DNA of 38,069 bases, from contig BTQS01000003.1 in NCBI GenBank assembly GCA_036985995.1, positions 1-38,069 on the forward strand, given 5' to 3'. A program made the translations under genes and the position numbers. The number at the start of each line of letters is the position of its first letter. Within the stretch, counting starts at the first letter, position 1. Origin of the DNA: Acidimicrobiia bacterium (GTDB lineage: Bacteria; Actinomycetota; Acidimicrobiia; Spongiisociales; UBA5794). The notes beneath the pieces were generated by a model that was not told the origin of the DNA, did no database searches, and worked only from the letters and a program-made list of their open reading frames with translations. Shown here piece by piece: positions 9,746 through 18,926 of the stretch.

Positions 9746-10710
9746 AGCGTCACCGTTTCGAGGAGCCGCGACGCGAAAGCAGCGCCGTCGTCGGGTCCCG
9801 CCAGACGAGTGTTGCCGGTGTGGACGTCTACGTTGAACTCGGCGCCGAGGGCCGTGTCCCTGCTATCGGAATCATCGATGAAAAGATGGTCGATGAGTCC
9901 ACGGTAAGCCTCGAGCACTCCCTTTGTACCCGGCGAAAGACCTACCCCGGCCATGACCTGGGCCGCCGGTCCCTTGAGGGCGGCTCCTGAGAACAGTGGA
10001 CTTACCGCGACACGGCCGGACCGCTCGCGAACGACAGAGTCGATGCCATCGATAGCGAGGATCGGCCATATGGAGAGGGGCGGGTTCGATGGGGCGATCA
10101 CCAACGTGTCCGCTGATCGGATCGCCTCGACCACGCCGGGTGCAGGAGCAGCCTCCGCGGCACCGTGGTAGGCGAGCGCGGCAACCAGATCCGTGTGTGC
10201 GCGGTCCACGAAATACTTCTGAAACTCAAGCCATTCGTTGCCCTGAGTCTGTACGAATGTGCGCACGACGTCGTCTGATGCAGGCAACACGGTCACGTCG
10301 GTCATGCCAAGACCTCGAGCGAGATCCGCTGTGACTTGCGAAAGAGGGATTCCGAGGTCCAACATCTCCGTCCGTGCGAGGCAGAGGGCTAGATCCTTGT
10401 CACCGAGGGAGAAAGACGTGTCGAAGCCCATCGCTGCCAGGGATTCCAGGGTCTTATGTGTGTCGTCCGCTCTCCCCCAGCCCTGCTGCCCAACAACCCC
10501 TGCAAGGGTGTAGAGAACCGTATCAGGGTCGGCAGCGACGTAAACGCCGTATCGTTTGGTATCGTCACCGACGTTCACGACGACCGTGAGATGGTCGGGA
10601 TCAAGCACATGGCGGAGGGCCTGTGCCATCCTGGCTCCACCGACCCCGCCGGCTAGCAGGGTTACGCGGTGATTGCGGTATCGCCGGATTGACTCCAGAA
10701 TGCACCCCAC
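9742..10710 (-). CDS. cofD: 2-phospho-L-lactate transferase (start codon uncertain)
   Basis: LAGGVGGA, VNVGDD, PDTVLYTLAG, LGDKD, FQKYFV, PSNPPLSI, VSPL..GAALKGPA; the nearest in-frame NTG upstream of the first motif is CTG 10698 or GTG 10710; the ORF-track start at 10809 overlaps the divergent gene. Confidence 0.9.
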   Translation of the reverse strand: MGCILESIRRYRNHRVTLLAGGVGGARMAQALRHVLDPDHLTVVVNVGDDTKRYGVYVAADPDTVLYTLAGVVGQQGWGRADDTHKTLESLAAMGFDTSFSLGDKDLALCLARTEMLDLGIPLSQVTADLARGLGMTDVTVLPASDDVVRTFVQTQGNEWLEFQKYFVDRAHTDLVAALAYHGAAEAAPAPGVVEAIRSADTLVIAPSNPPLSIWPILAIDGIDSVVRERSGRVAVSPLFSGAALKGPAAQVMAGVGLSPGTKGVLEAYRGLIDHLFIDDSDSRDTALGAEFNVDVHTGNTRLAGPDDGAAFASRLLETVTL

Positions 10711-13503
10711 ATGTCCATGACGCAAATACGCCAGGCAAGCGTCGCTGCGGTCGTTGTTGCCGACGACTCCGGCTGGCTTGACGCCACCCTCACCGCCATC
10801 GACCAACAAGTGTACGAGCTTGGTGAGGTGGTCGTGGTCGGTAGCGCCACAAGCGTCAAGGCCGCAGTACCGGGTAGATCAGTGGTGGTGATCCCTTCGC
10901 TTGCAGAGGCAGTGGACGCTGTCGGCTCCTCTGCCGAGTTCCTCTGGATCCTCGCTGCAGGAGCCATTCCAAGACCTGACGCTCTCCGCGCAGCGATCGT
11001 CGATGCTGATCGAACCGAGGCGGGTCTGCTCGGGTCCAAGATCGTCGGACCTGACGATTGCCTCGTATCCGTAGGACTCGTGACAGACGCGTTCGGCGTC
11101 CCGTACACAGGTCTCGACGAGTCCGAAGTCGACCAGGGCCAGTACGACGTTGTGAGGGATGTAGCCGCGGTTTCTAGCACCGCATTGCTCGTGCGACGCG
11201 ATCTCCTCCATGGGCTCGGAGGCGCTGACGCCACAATGACGCCACAATCCGCAGCGATCGATCTTGCGCAGCGAGCGAGGCTCAAAGGCGCCCGCGTCGC
11301 CGTGAGCCCTGCATCGGAAGTGTTTTATGACGTCGATACCGGACAAGACATACGGTGGCGTGAGGAGGCCGGTCGGATAAGGGGGATGATCAAGGTCTAC
11401 AGCCCGCTCACTCTCTTGTGGGCGATGCCTGTCGATTTTCTGTTCGGTCTCATCGAGATGGTCGTGTCGATCTTCCTCGGCAAGTGGTATGGGTTCGACT
11501 TTGTCAAGTCCTGGGGTTGGAACGTCATTCATCTCCCCGACACCATTGGCGCCCGTCGCCGAGCCAGATCCGGTCGCGTCGCGGGCGATGAGGAGCTGTT
11601 CCGCTATCAGCGCAAGGGCAGCGTCAAGATGTCCCGCCTTGCGAGCGCAACGATGCGTGCCCTGGAGTCACGGCTCCCAGGCGAAGACCGATTCAGTGTG
11701 GAGGTGATCGGCGACGAGATGCGTCAGCCTGCCTTCGTCGTCGGTGTCCTTGCGGTGCTTTTCGTGCTCATGTCCGCCCGCAATCTGTGGTCAGATGGAT
11801 TCCCAGCCGTCGGTTACACGCTTCCGTTCCCGACCAACGGTGGCAATGTCTTGAGTGCGTACGCTGGTGGATGGAACCCGGCGGGCCTCGGTAGCACTGA
11901 TCCCCTGAGACCTCTGCTCGCGATCGCTGGATTCGCGAAATTGGTCACGTTCAACGCAGCGTCGTTGCCTGAGTACGTCCTGGGTGCCGGGGCAATGCTC
12001 GCGGGCATCTGGGGGATGATGCGGTTCCTGAGGACATGGTCTGTATCTGCAGCTCCAGGGCTCATCGCCGGTGTTGTTTACGTTGCAGGTCCCGCAGCCC
12101 AGGGCGTAGCTGGAAACACGGATCTTGGAACATTGCTCGCGCTTGGTGTTCTCCCTTGGGCTCTTCGCCTTGCAGTGAAACCGGTCATCGACGGGGGTTG
12201 GGCGTTTCTCTCGCGGATCGCCGCCGTGATCCTTACCTTCGGACTTCTCGGGTCCCTTTCCCCGCTGTTACTTGTAGTGCCGGCCCCTGCGATCCTCGTA
12301 TACGCAGTGTTCCGGTTCACCGATGGTGAGGCGTGGCGGGCGTTCATTCTCGCACTGGTTGGAACGGCCGGCGGAGCGATGCTGCTCAGCCCGTGGATAT
12401 GGTCGGCAAGCTTCCTGTCGATCGCAAGGGAGGGATACGCATACTGGTATCTGTCTTCGATCGTTGCTGTCGCGGGAGCAGTGGTTGTTGTTTCCGGCGT
12501 TCTGGCTGCCAGGCGCTCCCTGGGACTTCTTGCTGGATGGGGTGCGCTCCTTGCCGGGATCGGACTGCTCGGATCGCGCGCAGGCGATTTCGGTTTCGGC
12601 GTTGAAACGGAGTCTGCATCTCTCGCGGTTCTGAGCCTGGGTGTTGCGATCGCCATCGGCGTTGTTGCTCAATCTGCCACGGCTGCCGGTAGCGAAGGAT
12701 GGCGGCGATTTGTGATGGGTGCCGGCTCCGTCGGGGTTCTTGTTCTCGTGGTAGCGTCGCTTCCGATCCTGCTCGGAGGACGCATCGGTCTACCCGGCGA
12801 CCGATTCGGCTCCGCATTCGAGTTCACATATGCGACCGAGGGTCAAGCGGACATCTCGAGAATCCTCGTGGTGGGTCCCCCCGAGCTGCTTCCGGGAGAC
12901 TCGCGCGCTATCGACGGTGGGGCGTACCGAGTCGTCTCCTCGCCCGTGCCCGATCTGGGCGAAGCACGATTGGCGGACCGACTGGCATTTGACGATGTGC
13001 TCGAGGAGAAACTAGCGATGGTCATCTCCGGTGAGACCAAACGGGTAGGTGGTGAGCTCGCACTTTTCGGAATCCGCTGGATCGTGGTGATGGGAGACAG
13101 CCGCGGGTCCGATGCCTCGGAGACGTCGGTTGCATGGAGGGATGTGTTCGCAGGACAGCTCGACCTGCTTCCGCTGACGGCGGCGGTGCAGAACACGGTG
13201 TTCGTGACGGACATTCGCCCCGTGGCTCGTGCGCTCACGAACACGGGTAACCCGTGGCCAAGAGATGGGTGGCTCTATAGGGGCGAAAGGGAACCAGGCA
13301 AGCGGGTGTTCATTGCGGAGAATCCAGACGAAGGCTGGGGTCCTGGGCCAAGGCTCACCACTGAATCGATGAACGAAATCGCAGCCGACGAGGGAATCGC
13401 GATCTACTCAGCGGACCAAGGTCGGAGAACTCAAGCCGTTTTCGTGTTGGCAGCGATCGTATTACTGATGGGATTCGCATCGTGGGGGAGGCGCCGATCA
13501 TGA
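10711..13503 (+). CDS. Large membrane protein with N-terminal GT2 (GT-A)-like domain and multi-TM body
   Basis: EVDQGQYD, ALLVRRDL..LGG and RARLKGARV are typical of the actinobacterial GT2 protein found before DUF5719; many TM segments. Confidence 0.82.
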   Translation: MSMTQIRQASVAAVVVADDSGWLDATLTAIDQQVYELGEVVVVGSATSVKAAVPGRSVVVIPSLAEAVDAVGSSAEFLWILAAGAIPRPDALRAAIVDADRTEAGLLGSKIVGPDDCLVSVGLVTDAFGVPYTGLDESEVDQGQYDVVRDVAAVSSTALLVRRDLLHGLGGADATMTPQSAAIDLAQRARLKGARVAVSPASEVFYDVDTGQDIRWREEAGRIRGMIKVYSPLTLLWAMPVDFLFGLIEMVVSIFLGKWYGFDFVKSWGWNVIHLPDTIGARRRARSGRVAGDEELFRYQRKGSVKMSRLASATMRALESRLPGEDRFSVEVIGDEMRQPAFVVGVLAVLFVLMSARNLWSDGFPAVGYTLPFPTNGGNVLSAYAGGWNPAGLGSTDPLRPLLAIAGFAKLVTFNAASLPEYVLGAGAMLAGIWGMMRFLRTWSVSAAPGLIAGVVYVAGPAAQGVAGNTDLGTLLALGVLPWALRLAVKPVIDGGWAFLSRIAAVILTFGLLGSLSPLLLVVPAPAILVYAVFRFTDGEAWRAFILALVGTAGGAMLLSPWIWSASFLSIAREGYAYWYLSSIVAVAGAVVVVSGVLAARRSLGLLAGWGALLAGIGLLGSRAGDFGFGVETESASLAVLSLGVAIAIGVVAQSATAAGSEGWRRFVMGAGSVGVLVLVVASLPILLGGRIGLPGDRFGSAFEFTYATEGQADISRILVVGPPELLPGDSRAIDGGAYRVVSSPVPDLGEARLADRLAFDDVLEEKLAMVISGETKRVGGELALFGIRWIVVMGDSRGSDASETSVAWRDVFAGQLDLLPLTAAVQNTVFVTDIRPVARALTNTGNPWPRDGWLYRGEREPGKRVFIAENPDEGWGPGPRLTTESMNEIAADEGIAIYSADQGRRTQAVFVLAAIVLLMGFASWGRRRS

Positions 13504-14939
13504 GACGGGCGTTGCTGCTTCTGCTAGCTGGGTTGACGACCGCCGTCGGGCTGATTCAGGTGGCTCCGCCACCCGACGAGGGTCCGAACTTCGCGACCGT
13601 CGATGTCGCGGAACCAGATGGCGCGGTCTCCAGCCCGAGTGTTTGGTACTGCCCATGGGTTGAAGCCGGGGATATCGTCGATACGGATATCATGGTCTCG
13701 ACGGACGTAGACGTGGATGTGAACCTCACGCTCCTCGACCCACTCACCAACGAGGCGCCGACGGTGACCGAATTCAGCATCGTTGGTCCCGGAGCAGCAG
13801 GGATTGACACCGGAGCGATTCTCCGTAGGGGTGAGTCCCCAGCGCTTGTCGAGATCTCTGATGGTCCGGCAGCGGCTGCATCCATGGCTTGGGCCGACTC
13901 GCTGCTGTCTGGCGATAGATGCATCGTTTCTGTACCGAAGGTCTGGTACCTCACGGGTGGAACTACCAGGACGGGTTCATTCACAGAGCTGCGCCTGTTC
14001 AATCCGTTCGCAGACAACGCCGAAGTGACGATCGTTGCCTACTCTGAGTTCGGCGTGGACCTCGTTGCCGATCTCGACGGGCTCGACGTTGAAGGCCGCT
14101 CATGGACGACGATCGACCTCGAGAAGTATCTTCCCTTCAGAGATGAGCTCGCGTTCACGATCACTTCAACGAAGGGGCTCGTCATCCCCGCCCTCATCCG
14201 GACCGATGATCGAGGCGAAGCCATGTGGCCGGGATCTGCCCCATCCGAGACATGGGACTTTCCCGTCGTGACGACAGGCGGACTCGAACCGTTCATCGCT
14301 GTGCTTTCCGCGGGCGAAGATCAAATTCTCGTGAGCGTTGACATATTGACCGAGGACGGGTCGGTGAGGAACGCAAGAGAGATCACGATCGACTCATCGA
14401 TCCCAGCGTTGATCCCGCTCTCCGACCTGGCAGCTGCACCATTTGGCGTGCGACTTCGTGCAACATCACCGATCGCGGCATCGGTCATCGCCGTCGTCCC
14501 CGTTGAAGAGGTCGATGGCGGCGAGGGAGAGCTTTCAGACGAAAACACCACGACGTCAACAAGTGAGACCGCGACAACTACGATCGCCGAGACGGAGCAG
14601 ACATTCATCAGGGGTCTGGCCGGCACCGTCGGTATCGCCAGACCATCTTCGGGATGGATCGTTCCTATCGACACGCTTCCACAGAACGAAACCACAATGT
14701 GGATTCTCAATGCAGGCGGAGATGCCGTGACGGTTGCGGTCGACCCCCTCGGGCAGGTCGAGTTCAGCCTGGAGCAGCAGACCTTTACCGTTGGACCAGG
14801 ATCGATCTACGGTGTTGAGATCGATGTTGGTATTGGCATCTACGGTTACCACGTAACTGCAGACGGGCCTGTTTCGGTTTCCTGGGAGATCTCTGGTGAG
14901 CGCGGAGCCGCCTTGGTTGCGGGGATCCCCGACCAGTGA
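13500..14939 (+). CDS. DUF5719-like secreted/membrane-anchored protein
   Basis: ATG 13500 overlaps the upstream TGA (ATGA); signal-like N-terminus; WYCP, WYLTGG, LRLFNPF motifs; position after the GT2-like gene. Confidence 0.75.
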   Translation: MRRALLLLLAGLTTAVGLIQVAPPPDEGPNFATVDVAEPDGAVSSPSVWYCPWVEAGDIVDTDIMVSTDVDVDVNLTLLDPLTNEAPTVTEFSIVGPGAAGIDTGAILRRGESPALVEISDGPAAAASMAWADSLLSGDRCIVSVPKVWYLTGGTTRTGSFTELRLFNPFADNAEVTIVAYSEFGVDLVADLDGLDVEGRSWTTIDLEKYLPFRDELAFTITSTKGLVIPALIRTDDRGEAMWPGSAPSETWDFPVVTTGGLEPFIAVLSAGEDQILVSVDILTEDGSVRNAREITIDSSIPALIPLSDLAAAPFGVRLRATSPIAASVIAVVPVEEVDGGEGELSDENTTTSTSETATTTIAETEQTFIRGLAGTVGIARPSSGWIVPIDTLPQNETTMWILNAGGDAVTVAVDPLGQVEFSLEQQTFTVGPGSIYGVEIDVGIGIYGYHVTADGPVSVSWEISGERGAALVAGIPDQ

Positions 14940-15325
14940 GCGATCAGATCGTACGGATCGTTGTCGTTCTCGCGGTCATCGGCGTTGCGGTTCTCGTAGC
15001 GATCGTCGCGCGCAGACTGAAGCGCCCCGCGCACCCGGAGATCACCGTCGGCGACGTCGGCGAACGCCCTGGGGTTGTGCTGTTTACATCAACAGATTGC
15101 AGCAACTGCAAGCAGGCGATTTCAGTACTCGAGGATGAGTCTGTCTCCTTCAGGGAGGTGACGCATGAGCTCGAGCCGCAGCGCTTCGAATCGTGGACGG
15201 TGCTGGCGGTCCCTCTGTGTGTCGTGCTCGACGCAGATGGCCGCGTCGTCTGGATGATGTCGGGTGTTCCTCGCCGGAGATCGCTGCGAAAGGCCATCCA
15301 CGCAGCGGGAATCGAGCGGATGTGA
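14936..15325 (+). CDS. Membrane-anchored thioredoxin/glutaredoxin-fold protein (CSNC)
   Basis: N-terminal TM helix, FTSTDCSNC, cis-Pro-like AVP; GTGA coupling to the upstream gene. Confidence 0.75.
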   Translation: MSDQIVRIVVVLAVIGVAVLVAIVARRLKRPAHPEITVGDVGERPGVVLFTSTDCSNCKQAISVLEDESVSFREVTHELEPQRFESWTVLAVPLCVVLDADGRVVWMMSGVPRRRSLRKAIHAAGIERM

Positions 15326-15371
15326 CGGAATCCTTGGTTGACGGCGCTGCCTGTCCTACCGTTCAGCGGCC

Positions 15372-15596
15372 ATGATGGTTGCCTGCATTCGCTGTTCCGG
15401 TCGTGCTACGACGATGCTCACCTATGACCATGCCGGTGCCGAGGCGTACCTGGACGATGTTCACGGCCATGAGCGCGCGCACGACGGCATGCTTCTATGC
15501 GAGCACCATGCAGGCAGATTCGTTGCTCCCCTCGGGTGGACGACGACTGACCGTAGAAGGTCCGATCCACGTTTGTTCTCTGGCGAAGAAGGCTGA
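15372..15596 (+). CDS. DUF3499 family small protein
   Basis: CxxC...ATTMLTYD...LCEHHAGRFVAPLGW pattern and conserved position in this actinobacterial cluster. Confidence 0.78.
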   Translation: MMVACIRCSGRATTMLTYDHAGAEAYLDDVHGHERAHDGMLLCEHHAGRFVAPLGWTTTDRRRSDPRLFSGEEG

Positions 15597-15599
15597 GCC

Positions 15600-15884
15600 A
15601 TGCCCATCGACAGGGACGTGATCGAGGCCATCAGGGAGATGGACGAACCTGAGCTTCGGCGACTGTTCATGCTCACACGAGCGAGGCTCGAGCAGCGAGG
15701 CCACGAGTTCCCCGACCTCGGACCCGATGTCAAGATCCGCAAACAGATGGTTCGATGCGGAAAGGCATCATGTACGACCTGTCCGCACGGCCCCTATGTG
15801 TATGCGTACTGGATGGAGGATGGGAAGCAGCGATCGAAGTATCTCGGACGCATCGATGACGTACCCGAAGTGGCTGAGAACTAG
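15600..15884 (+). CDS. DUF6788-like small Cys/His protein
   Basis: RCGKASCTTCPHGPYVYAYW...GKQRSKYLG. Confidence 0.7.
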   Translation: MPIDRDVIEAIREMDEPELRRLFMLTRARLEQRGHEFPDLGPDVKIRKQMVRCGKASCTTCPHGPYVYAYWMEDGKQRSKYLGRIDDVPEVAEN

Positions 15885-15910
15885 ACACGAAGAGCGCGAA
15901 TTGTAATACT
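15882..15910 (+). promoter_or_regulatory. Putative housekeeping sigma promoter: -35 TAGACA, 17-bp spacer, extended -10 TGtAATACT
   Basis: Near-consensus hexamers at canonical spacing upstream of the GGAGG SD and GTG 15951. Confidence 0.55.
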
Positions 15911-15950
15911 GCAAGTGGTCGCCGGGCAGCGGCCTTTGAACGGAGGTCTT

Positions 15951-16145
15951 GTGAAGAAGGCATCAATAGACGGACTCATCTGCACATCTTGTGGACAGAA
16001 CTCCGTGATCGAGATCGAGATGACGCTGCCTGACGGCACCGAGGTCGTGTTCTGCTCATGCCATGTCTGTGAGGCGAAGTGGTGGAATCGAGAGGGAGAG
16101 ACGATCGCCGTCGACGGGATCATCGACCTGGTCGGGGAGTCCTGA
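15951..16145 (+). CDS. Small zinc-ribbon protein (64 aa), unknown function
   Basis: GGAGG SD before GTG 15951; CTSC-x22-CHVC-EAKWW. Confidence 0.75.
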   Translation: MKKASIDGLICTSCGQNSVIEIEMTLPDGTEVVFCSCHVCEAKWWNREGETIAVDGIIDLVGES

Positions 16146-16196
16146 GCCAGCCCTCCCGTTCATCGCTCAAATCGCGTACTTCGTTACGCTTGCCCC

Positions 16197-18458
16197 GTGA
16201 CCGCTGCTGCCCCACCGGAGGCTCCTGAGACCTTGCCACCGCCACCTGATCTGCCGCCCGAACCTGAGCGGAAGTCGGTGACGTCAAAGTGGTACGTCTT
16301 CGCGCTCATCGCCGCGCCGACCGTGCTCATTCTGCTCACGATGTCTGGTGTGCTCGGACCGATTCTTCGGGACGGCCAATCATTGTGGCGGCTTCCATAC
16401 CTCCTTGTCGCAAACACTCCGACCGGTGGAGACATGGGCGCCCACGTCCTGCTTCCGAAGATGCTGCTCGAGGACGTGCTTTCTACGGGCCGCATCCTCG
16501 GATGGAGCATGGACTGGTACGCGGGTTTCCCTGTTTTGTACTTCTATTTTCCTCTGCCTGCGCTCACAACTGTTGCCCTCGACCTGTTTCTGCCGTACGG
16601 GATCGCGTTCAAGCTCGTAACGATTCTCGGTCTCGTCGCCCTTCCCACGGCTTCGTACTTCTTCGTCAGGTATCTCGGATTCACGCGATTCGTCGCTGCG
16701 ATCGCTGGTGTGGCAGGGTCGCTCTTCGTCTTCATGGAGAGTTACTCGATCTTCGGGGCGAATATCAAGTCGACACTTGCTGGAGAGTTCTCCTTCAGTT
16801 GGTCGTTCGCACTTTCGATCCTGTACATCGGCATGGTCGTTCGCGCGTACCGCGGGCGCCGGAAGATCGACATCTGGGCAGGTATCGTCCTCGGGCTCAC
16901 AGCGCTTTCGCACATCATCACGACCATCGTGGCCGTGGCCACGGTTCTGCCGCTCGTGCTTGCGCCGGTTGCGCTGCTGTTCGTTGATCGTTCCAGAGCC
17001 CGTGAGGCCGGAGCAGGTGCTCTCGGTGTTATTTCTACGTGGGTTATCGGGTTCGGGCTCTCGGCGTTCTGGTCGGTTGCCCTCGGGGTCAATGTGCTGA
17101 CAGGCATGACGTCCGACATGGGATGGGCCCCCGTCAAGACGATCATCGGGAACTATCAGAATCCGGGCTCGCCTATCCCCGGAGAACTCGTTCCAGTGCT
17201 CGTGATAGGGATCATCGGAATGATCTGGACTGCTCTGAGAAGGGATAGCATCGGCATAGTCGTGTGGATGACCCTGTTCCCGCTCGCAGGATATTTTCTC
17301 ATTGCCTATTTCGAGCTCACGGTTCTCTACAACGCGAGACTGCTCCCGTATTGGTTCTTTGGCTTGTTCATCTTCGCGGGGATCGCGGTAGCACTGCTGG
17401 CCACTGCCGTCGGACGCAGATTCTCGAATCGTCACAGGGCAACGCTTGTTGCCGGGACTGTCGCGGTGGTGTTGATGGTCGGTTCCGCAGGGTTGTCGAT
17501 GCACGATCTCCCTGGATGGGTGAAGTGGAACTTTGAGGGGTACGAGGGCAAGCAGGTTTGGTCTGAGTATGAGAACCTCATGCAAACGGTTGATGAGCTT
17601 CCTCCTGGGCGCATCATGTGGGAAGCCAACTCGGAGATGAACAAGTACGGGACTCCCATGTCGCTGATGTTGTTCCCCTTCTGGTCCGAGGGACATCCAT
17701 CGATGGAAGGCCTCTTCTTCGAAAGCTCACTTACGACGCCCTTCCATTTTCTCAACGCTGCAGAAGTAAGCAGGCGACCATCGAACCCTGTACGAGGCCT
17801 CAACTACTACGGCATGGATTTCGATCGTGGCACGAAACATCTAGCGGTCTACGACGTCGACTATTACGTCTCGTATACAGAGGACGCCCGCCTGGCGGCC
17901 CAGAGTTTCGGCCTCGATGTCCTGGCGGAGGCAGAGCCGTGGACGATCTTCGCCCTCCCTGACGCGGATCGCATCGATGTCGCTTCAATGGAACCTGTTG
18001 TTTGGGCTGGAGACGAAGACTTCGTCGATGCCGCGCTCGAGTGGTACGACGATGTCGAGAACCTCGACTCCTGGCTTGTCGAGGATGGCCCGTCCGACTG
18101 GCGCCGGGTGAGCTCGGTTGACGAGCGTCTCGCAGATCAGAGACGCTATTCGAGTGGTGGTGAGGTCACGATCACGACCTTCGAGGACTACGAGGTCTCG
18201 TTCACCACGACCGCCGTCGGTCAGCCGCACCTCGTCAAGGTGTCCTACTTCCCAAACTGGACGGTCGAGGGGGCAGACGCGGTGTACCGGGTCGCACCAT
18301 CTCTGATGTTAGTGGTTCCGACACAGAGTGAGGTAACCCTTCAGTTCAAGAACCGATGGGTCGAGAACCTTGGCATAACACTGACGTCGGCAACGATGCT
18401 CGGACTGGTTGCTTACGGCATGGTCTCGTATCGACGTCGCAAGAAGGCGAACGCGTGA
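16197..18458 (+). CDS. Multi-TM GT-C-fold glycosyltransferase-like protein (PTPS-related membrane protein/YfhO-like)
   Basis: GGDMGAH loop, WYAGFP..YFY.PLP, about 13 TM segments, C-terminal extracytoplasmic domain with VKVSYFPNW; TACGCT 6 nt before GTG. Confidence 0.8.
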   Translation: MTAAAPPEAPETLPPPPDLPPEPERKSVTSKWYVFALIAAPTVLILLTMSGVLGPILRDGQSLWRLPYLLVANTPTGGDMGAHVLLPKMLLEDVLSTGRILGWSMDWYAGFPVLYFYFPLPALTTVALDLFLPYGIAFKLVTILGLVALPTASYFFVRYLGFTRFVAAIAGVAGSLFVFMESYSIFGANIKSTLAGEFSFSWSFALSILYIGMVVRAYRGRRKIDIWAGIVLGLTALSHIITTIVAVATVLPLVLAPVALLFVDRSRAREAGAGALGVISTWVIGFGLSAFWSVALGVNVLTGMTSDMGWAPVKTIIGNYQNPGSPIPGELVPVLVIGIIGMIWTALRRDSIGIVVWMTLFPLAGYFLIAYFELTVLYNARLLPYWFFGLFIFAGIAVALLATAVGRRFSNRHRATLVAGTVAVVLMVGSAGLSMHDLPGWVKWNFEGYEGKQVWSEYENLMQTVDELPPGRIMWEANSEMNKYGTPMSLMLFPFWSEGHPSMEGLFFESSLTTPFHFLNAAEVSRRPSNPVRGLNYYGMDFDRGTKHLAVYDVDYYVSYTEDARLAAQSFGLDVLAEAEPWTIFALPDADRIDVASMEPVVWAGDEDFVDAALEWYDDVENLDSWLVEDGPSDWRRVSSVDERLADQRRYSSGGEVTITTFEDYEVSFTTTAVGQPHLVKVSYFPNWTVEGADAVYRVAPSLMLVVPTQSEVTLQFKNRWVENLGITLTSATMLGLVAYGMVSYRRRKKANA

Positions 18459-18922
18459 AAAGATACCTCAGGAGTTTTGCGAACCGTGAATCGCTGCACC
18501 AGGCGATCAAGGTCGGTATCGTCGGTGTTTTCAACACCGTTGTGTCTTTCAGCCTCTTCAACGTGTTCAGGGTCATGGGAGCCTCACCCCAGTGGTCCCT
18601 TGCGATCTCATTTGCACTCACAACGTTCATGTCCTATCTGATCAACCGTCGATGGACGTTCGCACTCACGGACGGCAGGGTCTCCGGTCGTGAAACCGCT
18701 TCGTTCTTCGGCGTCAACATCGTGGCCTACGCGGTATCTGCGGGGATCATGGCTGTCGCCCAGAATTGGTTCGGCCCACTTACCAGACTCGGTGAGAACT
18801 TCGTGCTCGTCATCGCAGCGGCTCTGTTGATCCTCCCCAAGCTCGCCGGCTATCGCGACCTCGTGTTCGGAACCGCGCTGGACGAGGCTGCAGGAAGGAC
18901 CGAGGAGACTTCCTCGGTATAG
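18455..18922 (+). CDS. GtrA family lipid-linked sugar flippase
   Basis: GTGA-coupled start; VGIVGVFNTVV...SYLINRRWTF, four TM segments. Confidence 0.85.
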   Translation: MKRYLRSFANRESLHQAIKVGIVGVFNTVVSFSLFNVFRVMGASPQWSLAISFALTTFMSYLINRRWTFALTDGRVSGRETASFFGVNIVAYAVSAGIMAVAQNWFGPLTRLGENFVLVIAAALLILPKLAGYRDLVFGTALDEAAGRTEETSSV

Positions 18923-18926
18923 GCCA

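Noticed and set aside
16380-17696. 438-aa antisense ORF
   Set aside because: Antisense shadow of the hydrophobic GT-C gene; its R/E/H/D-rich composition is what the complement of TM codons gives
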